Of a DNA stretch of 64,000 nt, positions 63,601-64,000 are shown piece by piece. Under the pieces are notes generated by a model. That model worked only from the letters and a program-made list of their open reading frames with translations. It ran no database searches and was not told the origin of the DNA. The DNA lies in NCBI GenBank assembly GCA_963575745.1, contig CAUYUJ010000059.1:248001-312000 (forward strand), in the 5' to 3' direction. The translations under genes and the position numbers were made by a program. This DNA is from Prorocentrum cordatum. Taxonomy: Eukaryota. Within the stretch, counting starts at the first letter, position 1. Each line of letters begins with the position of its first letter.

Positions 63601-64000
63601 GTTGTGTTGCTTCGCGTGGTGGTGCTGCTTTACGTCGTGCTGATTACTGTGGTGCTGTTGGTGGTGTTTGTATTGGCACGTGTCGTGCTGTTGGATCCTG
63701 TCGTGCGCGTCGCGTCGGTGCTCCTCCTTGCGCGCGTGCTGGTGCGTGTAGTGTTGCTGCTTCCCGTCGTGCTGGTCACACTGGTACTGGTGGTTGCGTT
63801 TGAGTTGCTTCGCGTGGCGTTGCTGCTCTAAGTCGTGCTCGTCACAGTGGCGCTGATGGTGACGCTGGTGCTGCTGCGTTTGGTGTTGCTGCTTGCTGCC
63901 GTTGTGGTCGCACTGTTGCTGCTGGTGGCACTTGTGCTGTGTCGCGTGGTGCTGCTGCTCCGTTCCCCGTCATGGTCGTTATACTTGTGCTGCTAGCTTC

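Overview
This is GC-rich, microsatellite- and transposon-dominated eukaryotic DNA. Near-perfect copies of the 22-nt dinoflagellate spliced leader (DinoSL, DCCGTAGCCATTTTGGCTCAAG) identify it as a dinoflagellate nuclear genome; the GC content is Prorocentrum-like, which is an inference. Two intronless genes are SL-headed retrocopies of processed mRNAs. One is a CCoAOMT-like class I O-methyltransferase (9263-10054). The other is a probably plastid-targeted protein with 10 S1 RNA-binding domains (22389-25269, one +1 frameshift in a G run), which retains its SL, 3'UTR, poly(A) remnant and target-site duplication inside a (CCT)n tract. A decayed, apparently full-length ~6.5 kb LINE (53975-60503: ORF1-like region, APE endonuclease, reverse transcriptase, Cys/His tail) is itself headed by an SL relic and sits in a (CAT)n tract. 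In all three insertions the end of the putative target duplication overlaps the first bases of the SL. This suggests a trans-spliced LINE system that retroposes SL-capped RNAs using SL microhomology. The rest is at least 7 MITE/foldback families, a 9-copy ~160 bp interspersed repeat, minisatellites, RNase H and zinc-knuckle relics, a CCCH zinc-finger gene fragment and a few orphan exon-like segments. Most listed ORFs are microsatellite artefacts. All alignments were done by eye.
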